A DNA stretch of 64,000 bases from a candidate division WOR-3 bacterium (GTDB lineage Bacteria; Hydrothermota; Hydrothermia; UBA1063), in NCBI GenBank assembly GCA_039803545.1, contig JBDRYS010000003.1:83096-147095 (forward strand). The letters are read 5' to 3'. Positions 1-8,540 of this stretch are shown here, piece after piece (the first letter of the stretch is position 1; each line of letters starts with the position of its first letter). A program made the translations under genes and the position numbers. Below the pieces are notes generated by a model, which worked only from the letters and a program-made list of their open reading frames with translations, did not search any database and had not been told where the DNA came from.

Positions 1-673
1 GGAAGGGGCAAATTACACATCAAAGAAGATTGAAGTCGTGCCCTTTGGTGTCGATTTAGAAGTCTTTAAGCCTTCAGAGGGTAAAAGGACCTCTCCCGGC
101 ACTTCCATAGTAATTGGAACAGTGAAATCCTTAGAAAGAAAATATGGAATTGACACATTGATTTTAGCCTTTGCCCTTTTGAAAAGAAAATTTGAAAAGG
201 ACGACTTGAGGCTAATCATAGTCGGAGACGGCCCCGAAAAGGACAATTTGAAACGACTCACAAAAGATTTAAACATAGAAGATTTTGTCACCTTCACAGG
301 CTTTGTACCCCACAAAGATCTCCCGGGTTATATAAACATGATGGACATTTTTGTCCTTCTCTCAAGGGTGGAAGAAAGTTTTGGGGTTGTGGTGGTTGAA
401 GCGATGGCCTGTGAAAAACCCGTTGTAGTCTCAAGGAAGGGCGGACTTCCTGAGGTTGTTGAAGATGGGGTAACTGGATTTGTCGTTCCCGCAGAAAATC
501 CCGAAGCCGCAGCCTCTGCCTTAGAGACCCTGATCTTGAACAAAGACCTAAGGTCATCAATGGGAAAACGAGGGAGGGAAAGGGTAAAAAAATTATACGA
601 CTGGAAAGAAAATGTTAGCATAATGGTTGAACTTTACGAGGAATTGCTAAAACAAAAATCTAAGACCTTTTAA
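1..673 (+). CDS. Glycosyltransferase family 4 (GT-B fold), C-terminal part; 5' end lies outside the window
   Basis: The frame stays open back to position 2, so the listed M at 38 is an internal GTG (..KKIEVVPFGVD..). GT4 C-terminal motifs are present: IIVGDGPEK, ESFGVVVVEAMACEKPVV, GLPEVVEDGVTGFVV. Confidence 0.85.
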   Translation, partial: EGANYTSKKIEVVPFGVDLEVFKPSEGKRTSPGTSIVIGTVKSLERKYGIDTLILAFALLKRKFEKDDLRLIIVGDGPEKDNLKRLTKDLNIEDFVTFTGFVPHKDLPGYINMMDIFVLLSRVEESFGVVVVEAMACEKPVVVSRKGGLPEVVEDGVTGFVVPAENPEAAASALETLILNKDLRSSMGKRGRERVKKLYDWKENVSIMVELYEELLKQKSKTF

Positions 674-2105
674 GAAACTTTTTTATCTCTGTAATCCCAA
701 TTTTAACTAAATCCGCATAAACAAGACAAAGGGCAATAATAGCGATTAAGCTCACCCCACCCACTGCCACAGGATTACTTACAAAGGTTGCAAAGAGGCT
801 TACAAAAAGCAGAAGGCCAATGGCAGAATAAATCTTTTCAAGGGGGTACCTTACCGGGTAAAGTTTCATAGAAACAAAGGTTTCAAAGGTAAGGAGCACT
901 ATAAAAGAAAGCCCCGTCGAAATAGCTGCCCCCCTTGCCCCGAGCTTTGGGACCAGGAGGTAATTCAAAAGTGAGTTGATAAGGAGGCAAAGGCCATCGG
1001 AAACTATGAACCAGTAAGTTTTTTTCAGGAAATTTATACCCCTTGCCGTAACTGCCAATACACTGGAGATCACAGGAGGGAAAAGGAGAAAAGGCAAAGT
1101 CAGTGAGGCCGGCCTGTAATCCCTTGCCATAATGTAAAAGAGAAGATCCTTAAGGCCTATTACCACAAGGGCGAACAGAACCATCACAAAGCTTATAACC
1201 TTTGCAGCGTCGATAAAGAGCTTCTTATTTTCCCTGTCCTTCTCGTAAGTTTCATAAGCAACGGGAAACCAGAAGTTCTGAAAGCCTGAATTTATCAAAT
1301 ACATTACATAACTCAGCTTAAAAGCAACGCCAAAATAACCCAGTTCAGTAAAGGTGGAAAAGGTTCTGAGAAAGATTCGAGAGATCCACTGAAATAGCCA
1401 CCACAGCAGTGCAGAAGGCAGAAGGGGTAGTCCATAAAGTGCGAGCTTCTTAAGTAAATCAGAGTCCACTTTCACAGGAAGGAGATTGGAATGCTCAAAA
1501 ATCGTCCCAACTAAAAAGGAAAATCCATTCCCGAATATCTGGCCCCAGACAATGGCATAGAAGTTTCTTCCAAGGAAAAGTGCATAAAGAATCGTTACCC
1601 CCACATTTACCACGGATTGGACCACAAACACAGTAGAGTAAAGGAACCCCTTCTTCTGCATTCTGATTACCGCAAGGTTGTAGGTCTGAAGTACCCCCGT
1701 GATGAGAGAAAGGGAAACAAGGCCCGCCATCGGATGGTTTTTATCACCGATCAAAAAGAGGGAGAGACTTTCATTAAAAGCAAAGAGCAGGAGAGAAATG
1801 ATGACGAACAGGGCCAAAGGCGGGAATAAAGAAGTCCAGAAGAGCTCCGAACGCCTCTTTTCTTCAACCTCGTAGAAGTACCGTACAAAACTCTGGTCAA
1901 AACCTGCAAGGACAACAACGAGCAAGAAAGAGTAAACCGTTGAGTACATTGTGGACTTTCCAAACTCAGCCGGGGAAATAAGGTATGTGATTATAGGGAT
2001 GGAAAAAAAGCTAATGATTGCCTGTATCCAAACCCCGAGAGAAAAGGAGAAAAAGAGCTTTAACGCCTCTTTAAAATTGAGCCTCTTAAATCCACCTTTT
2101 TCCAT
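660..2105 (-). CDS. MOP-superfamily polysaccharide flippase (Wzx-like)
   Basis: 481 aa and strongly hydrophobic, with about 12-14 predicted TM segments. The length and layout are typical of polysaccharide biosynthesis (Wzx) proteins, and it lies among GT genes. Confidence 0.75.
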   Translation of the reverse strand: MEKGGFKRLNFKEALKLFFSFSLGVWIQAIISFFSIPIITYLISPAEFGKSTMYSTVYSFLLVVVLAGFDQSFVRYFYEVEEKRRSELFWTSLFPPLALFVIISLLLFAFNESLSLFLIGDKNHPMAGLVSLSLITGVLQTYNLAVIRMQKKGFLYSTVFVVQSVVNVGVTILYALFLGRNFYAIVWGQIFGNGFSFLVGTIFEHSNLLPVKVDSDLLKKLALYGLPLLPSALLWWLFQWISRIFLRTFSTFTELGYFGVAFKLSYVMYLINSGFQNFWFPVAYETYEKDRENKKLFIDAAKVISFVMVLFALVVIGLKDLLFYIMARDYRPASLTLPFLLFPPVISSVLAVTARGINFLKKTYWFIVSDGLCLLINSLLNYLLVPKLGARGAAISTGLSFIVLLTFETFVSMKLYPVRYPLEKIYSAIGLLLFVSLFATFVSNPVAVGGVSLIAIIALCLVYADLVKIGITEIKKFLKRS

Positions 2106-2288
2106 GAGAACCTTAGGAGTAAATTATAATCTCAAAACCGTGCAAAAACTATAAAAATGCGGAAAGTGAAAATGAAGCGGTATTTTCATGCAAAATTATA
2201 AGCGCAGGGAATTCAATAACTTAAGCTCTTTAATCATCTCTCTCCCTTTATTTCAATGCTTTCAGCCAACTGTTCAGATTTTTGACAC

Positions 2289-2317
2289 TTGAAAATTTTT
2301 AATGCTGAACTTATAAT
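2289..2317 (+). promoter_or_regulatory. Sigma70-like promoter upstream of the protease operon
   Basis: TTGAAA (2289-2294), 17-nt spacer, TATAAT (2312-2317). An AAGGGGG RBS and the ATG at 2342 follow. Confidence 0.4.
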
Positions 2318-2439
2318 AAACAAATTTAAAAAGGGGGTTTTATGTGGCTATTTCTGTGGTTATTCCTCCAGGTTCCCCCGGAAAGGGTGGAACTAAAGGT
2401 GTTAAATGAGGGTATAAAACCCGTTCCTCCAATCCTCCA

Positions 2440-2799
2440 GTGCTAACGGTTCCTGATACCATAAAATGGCCTGAACCATTAGAAAACACGCCTACCATAC
2501 CTTTCAAAGTGGGAAAGGCTCCGGAGATGAAGAGGATAGAAATCCCCTTCAATGAGGTTCTCTACCAGTCCATCGCCCAGAACACCATTTCAGAATACCA
2601 CGAAAGAGTCAAAAACGCCTTAAAGAGCAAGGCAGACGATAGAGAAATAGCCCGTCTCAAAATGGAAATGGAAAAAACCTTACTGATGCAAAGGCTTGAA
2701 ATTTCAAAGATCGAAGGGAAAGATGAGGAAGTGGAGAAGGTAAACAGAGCCCTAACAAACCTTGAAAATCTGATGAAAACTCTGGAGGTGGAAAAATGA
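2440..2799 (+). CDS. Hypothetical charged or coiled-coil protein, translationally coupled to the subtilase gene
   Basis: 119-codon ORF with a GTG start; the true start is uncertain (an alternative ATG is near 2528). Its stop overlaps the protease ATG (ATGA at 2796-2799). The C-terminal half is K/E-rich and heptad-like. I recognise no family. Confidence 0.4.
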   Translation: MLTVPDTIKWPEPLENTPTIPFKVGKAPEMKRIEIPFNEVLYQSIAQNTISEYHERVKNALKSKADDREIARLKMEMEKTLLMQRLEISKIEGKDEEVEKVNRALTNLENLMKTLEVEK

Positions 2800-5700
2800 A
2801 CCTGATACTAATGCTATTACTTACCCTGACCGATGTATATACAAAAATGGGGGCATCCCTGAGGGAGAAAATCCAGGGGATGAAGGATAACGAAAAAATC
2901 CCCGTCATCGTTGTAATGAAACAGGGATACGACCTTTCTAAATTCAAAGAGGATGACTACGACGGCAAGAGAAAATATATGATGAAGACCGCTGAAGAAT
3001 CTCAAAAGCCTGTAATAGATTGGCTAAAATCCATCGGAGAAACGGAGAACCTTAAGCAATTCTTTGTAATAAACGGTTTTGCCCTCAAAATTTCAAAGAA
3101 GGCCCTTCTGGAACTCTTAGACAGGGAAGATGTTGCCTATGCCATAGAAGATGAGTATAGAAGATGGATCCCAGAAGAACCCCAGAATTATACTAAGGCA
3201 TCTTATCCCACAGGCTCTTCAGAAGTCCCCTGGGACAGACAGATAATGGAGGCAGATAAAGTCTGGAAAGATTTGGGTTACGGAGGTGAAGGAATCGTCG
3301 TTGGAATAATGGATACTGGTGTGGATGTTGACCATCCTGCCCTTAAAGACAACTGGAGAGGAATTGCAGGCTGGTATGATGCAGTAAATGGAAAGCCTAC
3401 TCCCTATGATGACAATATGCACGGGACGGCCTGTGCCAGCATCCTTGCAGGGAAATACAATCTCGGTATCGCACCAAAGGCAAAATGGATTGCGGTAAAG
3501 ATCCTTGATAACCAGGGAAGCGGGTCTACATCCCAGATTTTATCAGCCTTCAACTGGATTGCAAGTCTTCCAGACAGTTTAAAACCGAGGATAGTGTCTA
3601 ACTCCTGGGGATTATCAGCTTGGGATGACGTAACCTTCTTTGACGCCTGTAGCACGTGGAAGGCACTGGGCATTTTCCCCGTCTTTGCCATTGGAAATGA
3701 TGGTTCAGACCCTACCAAACAATCGGTACCCGGTACCTATCCAACGGTGCTCGCTGTGGGTGCCACCGATCCTAACGACCAGATCCTCTCCTACAGTTCC
3801 CGTGGTGGCGCTCCAGACCTGGAAAGATGGAATGATACTGACAACTGGTATGCACCAGACTGGAACAGGCATAAACCGGATATTTGCGCCCCTGCCGACC
3901 CCGTCTGGGCTGCCTACCCTGGTGGCGACTATATCAACGACTTTAATGGCACATCCTCAGCCACTCCCCATGCAGCAGGCGAAGCAGCCCTCATCCTTTC
4001 AAAGAACCCCTATCTCACCCTCTCAGAGCTTTACCTTACTATAAGAAATAATGTAAAACTAATTCAACCTCAGCGCTACGATTTCCCCAATGACACAACG
4101 GGATGGGGAAGGATTGACGCCTACAGGGCTGTTCTGAATACCCCTGAACCAACAAAGTCCAACATTGTTATTCTTGATTACACCGTAGATGATAGGCTCG
4201 GAAACAGCGATGGGAGACTCCAACCCGGAGAGAGGGTTTACCTTAGTGTAAGATTTAAGAACAGAGGAGTTTCTGCCACATCGGTAACCGCCTCATTGGT
4301 CTTTGATTCCATCCCCGGCTACACCCATTATGTAACATATAATACGAGAAGCGTTTCCCTTGGTTCGATGGGAAGGGATGAGGAGAAAACCGGGACCTTC
4401 GATATAACTCTCTCCTCCTCCGCCCCTACGGATAAATACCTCTACTTCACCGTAAAGGTAGTTACCAACGACGCAACCAGGTATCTCTTCTTAAACATAC
4501 CAATCGCTGCAGCGAACTACCCTGCACATGCGGATGGCATAGTCTATGACAATAACACTCCAACTTATAACACAAGTAATGACGACGAATATGGCAATTA
4601 TACGTACTTCGCCATGAGGTTTGAAGCCCCTGCACCCTGCAGGTTAGACTCCCTTAGAGTCTACTTTGATGGAACTGCCACCAATGAGACGCTCTTCGTG
4701 TGGAAGCATAATGCAACTTACAATGCACCCGATGCGGAACTTTACGGCTATGCCTTGATAAATGTCAATACCGCCGATGCCTGGGCACTGGTTACCCTTT
4801 CTTCACCCATCTACATAACCCAGCCCGGCTACTTCTGGATAGGAATTTGTAAAAACGACGCCTATTCGGTACCCTATCAGGATGATGACGGTGCGAAGAC
4901 CGTCAACCTTTCAACGAACAACAGACTTGATCCATCTTCCTGGTGGGGGAGAGACTACTGGTATGATTTCTGTATGAGGGCCTTTGTTTACATTGATTCA
5001 ATAACTGCACCTCAATTCACAGAAGTCACATCGTGGAGACTCGACGATAGTTATTACGGAAATGATGACGGTTTTATTGATCCTGGTGAGAGGGCTTCCC
5101 TCAAAATATCTATAAAGAACATTGGAATCACTGCAGAACAGGTAGTGGGCTATCTGTCTCCCGCTGATCAGGCAACAGCGGATAGCGTGGTAATAGAAAA
5201 GGACACTGCCTACTTCGGAACAGTTTACAAGGGTGAAGGCACCAACGACAATGATCCCTTCATTATCACCTTTACAAAGTGGAGCGGACTTTCTGGCTTT
5301 GATCCAACCTTCCAGCTCATTCTCCACTACTATTACGGAAGTGGATTAAGAGATGAAAAGTGGGATACCGTTACCTTTTCTATCACAGGGCCCTACACTA
5401 CAATGCCTGTTTCTGACACAGTATGGTACCCAATGGGACTCGGTTATGGTTTCCTGCTCAGCAGTTATCCAACATCTACTGCTGATAGATACTGGGCAAC
5501 CTACGCCCAATTTGGCCCAGGGGTAAACGATTCCATCTATGTTGATTACGTCTACATCTACGGATACAACAATGGAACTACTGCAAGGAACATGTACCTT
5601 TACCTTTGGTCACACAACGCCACTTCCAACACCCCGAGCGGCGCACCCTTCTATACCAGTGCCGCAATCAGTGTCCCGGCCGGTGCCAGCCAGTTCTACT

Positions 5701-7334
5701 TTGCAAGACCTAATATAAAAATTCCTTCCACCTTCTGGTACGGTCAGAATTCAAGAGTGGGTACTACGGGAACAGGCCTCAAGCCGCCCTTCTGGTCTTC
5801 TCCTTTTATAGGGCAAAATTATACCCTTGTTAGCACATCAAACAGTACCTGGAGTGGAAGTTATCTGCTCGGTTATGTTGCGGCTCCCCTCTTTATGTAT
5901 TTCAAAATTATGCATAACCATCCAACCCTTTCCTACTTTACACCCGATGGTTGGGATAGCCCCATTGTGCCTTCAAACTCTAATTCCACACTGCTTCCAT
6001 CAATCCTTAAAGGTGATACAACGGTTTACATTGCAAGCTGGGTAGCTTTAAACAGAAGCAATGTAAATGCAACCGTCCCATCTGGAAACTCAACGAGGAA
6101 CATTATGTTCTTGGACAACTACTCCCTTGCTCAAACAACCATCACTGGCCCATATACCATATCACCCTGGAATTATATCTACGCCTCCGGATATCAAACC
6201 AATATATCCGCTGGAAGACATAGCCTTGCCTATAAAATCGATTGGGACAACATAGTACCGAGTAATGTATTTAACCACTATCTAAGATGGTGGGGTGAGC
6301 AGTATGTCTTTGCACCTATTGGTTATCTAAACTACAACACACCCACCTGGTCCACTTACGCTCCTCTTATGTACACCGTCGGCTCCGGATATACTCCGAA
6401 TGTAAGGGCTTTCAGGATCAAGACCGTACCCAATCAGTGGACCCTTGTGGCGATAAAGAACTCCAAATACGGCTCAAGCAGTGACTCCATAGACCTCGAC
6501 CTCAAGATTTTCGATGATGCACCAACTTCACCTAAGGATGGCTTAGAACATCCCGTTGCTGCCTCTGCCCTTGGTCCCGACAAGATCGACTTTATTACCA
6601 TCTGGTCAACCAGTGAGCAGGATCTCTATCCCGGTGTTTATTCCTTTGGAGCGGTAAGGGATAGCTTCCAGATCGTTACATCTAAATCGGCCATTGGATA
6701 CTTAGTTGCAAATGGCACCGGTACCTTGGATGTAACACTACCGGATGGTCAATTTGCCTATGTTGAAAATGTGATATTCCCTCAAAACACGAATCCAACA
6801 TTAACGGTAAGCGTACCCGATGGAAATGCTGATATTGCCCTCTATCTCTACTCAAAGAAGGCACTCACTACCAACTATGGTAATCCATTCCAGTATGTAA
6901 CGATGGCAGATGCCAACGGTGTTGGCGGAAGCGAAAGCGTAACCTACTCCTCCACCTCTGGTGATGACACAACCGCCCTTGTGGTCATTGTGAAGTCTAC
7001 AACAGGAAAATCACCGGTAACCATAAGATTCAACAATATTGTAGTGCTACAAGTAGATGAAAATGCCGACAACTTCCTCAACACCATCACCTACACCATA
7101 CCAACCGTCGCAAAGCCAGGAAACTCCATTGTAGTAACTTCACCAACCCTCCTGCCCTTCAGCGTAAAACTCTACGATGTCACCGGTAGAGAAGTGGCGA
7201 CCCTCTTCGACGGTCTCGTCAACAAAGGAAAGACCTCCATCTCCATACCTTCCAACCTAAAAGCCGGCATCTACTATGTCGAAGTAAGGTCCGGTGGAAA
7301 CAGAGAAATGCACAAAATGATAGTGGTGAGGTAA
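2796..7334 (+). CDS. Giant secreted subtilisin-like serine protease (peptidase S8) with I9-like propeptide, about 1000-aa extension and T9SS C-terminal sorting domain
   Basis: Catalytic triad motifs: GIMDTGVD (Asp173, nt 3312), NMHGTACAS (His209, nt 3420), NGTSSATPHAAG (Ser387, nt 3954). The N-terminal propeptide-like region reads IPVIVVMKQ...FVINGFALKISKKALLELL. The extension has two CARDB-like modules and a PPC-like module. The tail ..LKAGIYYVEVRSGGNREMHKMIVVR is typical of Por/T9SS CTDs. Confidence 0.9.
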   Translation: MNLILMLLLTLTDVYTKMGASLREKIQGMKDNEKIPVIVVMKQGYDLSKFKEDDYDGKRKYMMKTAEESQKPVIDWLKSIGETENLKQFFVINGFALKISKKALLELLDREDVAYAIEDEYRRWIPEEPQNYTKASYPTGSSEVPWDRQIMEADKVWKDLGYGGEGIVVGIMDTGVDVDHPALKDNWRGIAGWYDAVNGKPTPYDDNMHGTACASILAGKYNLGIAPKAKWIAVKILDNQGSGSTSQILSAFNWIASLPDSLKPRIVSNSWGLSAWDDVTFFDACSTWKALGIFPVFAIGNDGSDPTKQSVPGTYPTVLAVGATDPNDQILSYSSRGGAPDLERWNDTDNWYAPDWNRHKPDICAPADPVWAAYPGGDYINDFNGTSSATPHAAGEAALILSKNPYLTLSELYLTIRNNVKLIQPQRYDFPNDTTGWGRIDAYRAVLNTPEPTKSNIVILDYTVDDRLGNSDGRLQPGERVYLSVRFKNRGVSATSVTASLVFDSIPGYTHYVTYNTRSVSLGSMGRDEEKTGTFDITLSSSAPTDKYLYFTVKVVTNDATRYLFLNIPIAAANYPAHADGIVYDNNTPTYNTSNDDEYGNYTYFAMRFEAPAPCRLDSLRVYFDGTATNETLFVWKHNATYNAPDAELYGYALINVNTADAWALVTLSSPIYITQPGYFWIGICKNDAYSVPYQDDDGAKTVNLSTNNRLDPSSWWGRDYWYDFCMRAFVYIDSITAPQFTEVTSWRLDDSYYGNDDGFIDPGERASLKISIKNIGITAEQVVGYLSPADQATADSVVIEKDTAYFGTVYKGEGTNDNDPFIITFTKWSGLSGFDPTFQLILHYYYGSGLRDEKWDTVTFSITGPYTTMPVSDTVWYPMGLGYGFLLSSYPTSTADRYWATYAQFGPGVNDSIYVDYVYIYGYNNGTTARNMYLYLWSHNATSNTPSGAPFYTSAAISVPAGASQFYFARPNIKIPSTFWYGQNSRVGTTGTGLKPPFWSSPFIGQNYTLVSTSNSTWSGSYLLGYVAAPLFMYFKIMHNHPTLSYFTPDGWDSPIVPSNSNSTLLPSILKGDTTVYIASWVALNRSNVNATVPSGNSTRNIMFLDNYSLAQTTITGPYTISPWNYIYASGYQTNISAGRHSLAYKIDWDNIVPSNVFNHYLRWWGEQYVFAPIGYLNYNTPTWSTYAPLMYTVGSGYTPNVRAFRIKTVPNQWTLVAIKNSKYGSSSDSIDLDLKIFDDAPTSPKDGLEHPVAASALGPDKIDFITIWSTSEQDLYPGVYSFGAVRDSFQIVTSKSAIGYLVANGTGTLDVTLPDGQFAYVENVIFPQNTNPTLTVSVPDGNADIALYLYSKKALTTNYGNPFQYVTMADANGVGGSESVTYSSTSGDDTTALVVIVKSTTGKSPVTIRFNNIVVLQVDENADNFLNTITYTIPTVAKPGNSIVVTSPTLLPFSVKLYDVTGREVATLFDGLVNKGKTSISIPSNLKAGIYYVEVRSGGNREMHKMIVVR
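7082..7331 (+). other. T9SS (Por) C-terminal sorting domain of the subtilase
   Basis: The last ~83 aa read TITYTIPTVAKPGNSIVVTSP..FSVKLYDVTGREVATLFDG...LKAGIYYVEV..KMIVVR, which matches the usual TIGR04183-type tail pattern. Confidence 0.75.
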
Positions 7335-7357
7335 GGGGAGAGAAAAAGCATCTCTTC

Positions 7358-7390
7358 GGGGCCTTACCCGTTCGGGTAAGGCCCCTTTTC
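7358..7390 (+). terminator. Rho-independent terminator after the protease gene
   Basis: Perfect 12-bp stem, GGGGCCTTACCC (7358-7369) pairing with GGGTAAGGCCCC (7374-7385), with loop GTTC, followed by TTTTCATTT. Confidence 0.85.
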
Positions 7391-7404
7391 ATTTAATAAC
7401 GCAG

Positions 7405-7433
7405 TTGACAAAATTTCCTGCCAAGTCTATAAC
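7405..7433 (+). promoter_or_regulatory. Sigma70-like promoter for the kinase/flippase transcription unit
   Basis: TTGACA (7405-7410), 17-nt spacer, TATAAC (7428-7433), lying 60 nt upstream of the ATG at 7494. Confidence 0.5.
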
Positions 7434-7493
7434 AAATAGTTCCCTTACACTCCTTAAAAAATTCAAGGCAACAACATTAAAATTTAACACCAA

Positions 7494-8540
7494 ATGGCCT
7501 TTTATGTCAATTTTAAAAGAAAATATTTTTTAACAACAAGTAGTTTCAGCAACTTTAAAGAAGGCTTAAGATTTTACAGACCTGTCAGTGCCGTGGGATT
7601 TATTAAAAAAGGCTTAATACACATTGCTTACCCCTTTATTAAGTTTTGTAGCAAACGAATAAAAAAAGAAGATTTTTTTCAGCGATATAAAATTGAGAAA
7701 TTGCTTGAATGGGAAAAAAACTGGGGAACGTTCAACGCAGTTTACATTCCGACGGGAAGCGGGAAGTTTGTAATTCAGGTGGTAAAAGGTTCGAAAGTTG
7801 CAGGCTACTTGAAGTTTGCCGTCACCGACGAATCAGCCAAAGCCTTAGAAAACGAAGAAAAAATTTTAAAACTCCTTGAATCTGAAACCATTAATTCTTT
7901 TTGCTACCCCAAAATTCTCTATTCCGAGAGGTCTTATGGGAAAAAACTTCTCTTTTTGGGCGCCCCTGAACACTTAAAAAGCCCAATTAAATTCAACTTC
8001 AAAGCCATTTTAGAATTATGGAAAAATATTTCTGCAATCGAATCCAGAACTCTTCTTCTGGAGCAAATCCCGTGCTTAAAGGATTTGGAGAGTAAAATAA
8101 AAGGAAATAGAAATGTACCTCAAATTGAAATCTCAAACATCTTTGATAAAATAATGCTTGATCTCAGGGGCCTTGAAATCCAAACAGGCTTAGTTCATGG
8201 TGATTTTAAGATCTGGAACATTTTTAAATTGAAAAATGATAAATTCTATGTTATTGATTGGGAATGGGCGCAAAGAAATTCGTTACCCTTGTGGGATTTA
8301 TGGACTTGGGCATTTTGGAACTATTTTTCAAGCGGCAAAAGGCCAAACAAAAACAAACTATTAGAAAGGGCTATGGAAATTGCAGAATTATCGGGTAATA
8401 AAATGAGCGTAGATATAGTCAAAAACCTATTCAAACTCTATTTAATTTATCTTTACACCACACTCGAAGAATTTGGCCATAAAGATGGACTTACAACCAA
8501 GACTTTAGAAACACTTTATTCGCTGTTGATTGAACTATGA
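7494..8540 (+). CDS. APH/choline-kinase-like phosphotransferase family protein
   Basis: Catalytic-loop motif GLVHGDFKIWNIF (HxDxxxxN) is followed by YVIDWEWAQ (metal-binding Asp). The 348-aa size is typical of small-molecule kinases of the protein-kinase-like fold. Confidence 0.6.
   Translation: MAFYVNFKRKYFLTTSSFSNFKEGLRFYRPVSAVGFIKKGLIHIAYPFIKFCSKRIKKEDFFQRYKIEKLLEWEKNWGTFNAVYIPTGSGKFVIQVVKGSKVAGYLKFAVTDESAKALENEEKILKLLESETINSFCYPKILYSERSYGKKLLFLGAPEHLKSPIKFNFKAILELWKNISAIESRTLLLEQIPCLKDLESKIKGNRNVPQIEISNIFDKIMLDLRGLEIQTGLVHGDFKIWNIFKLKNDKFYVIDWEWAQRNSLPLWDLWTWAFWNYFSSGKRPNKNKLLERAMEIAELSGNKMSVDIVKNLFKLYLIYLYTTLEEFGHKDGLTTKTLETLYSLLIEL

Noticed and set aside
3640-4044. Alternative-frame ORFs inside the subtilase gene (for example 3640-4044 plus, 3404-3718 minus, 4998-5327 minus).
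   Set aside because: They overlap the catalytic-domain reading frame, which carries the full S8 triad motifs, and they have no independent start signals.
4500-6800. Many N-x-S/T sequons in the C-terminal extension of the subtilase (about 22 in the whole protein by my count, for example NNT, NTS, NYT, NET, NAT, NLS, NGT, NST, NRS, NIS), which might suggest N-glycosylation linked to the surrounding glycan genes.
   Set aside because: The region is very rich in Asn, Ser and Thr. A rough expectation from composition (about 95 Asn times roughly 20 percent Ser+Thr two positions later) gives about the same number. There is therefore no enrichment, and no oligosaccharyltransferase (PglB-like) gene is present in the window.
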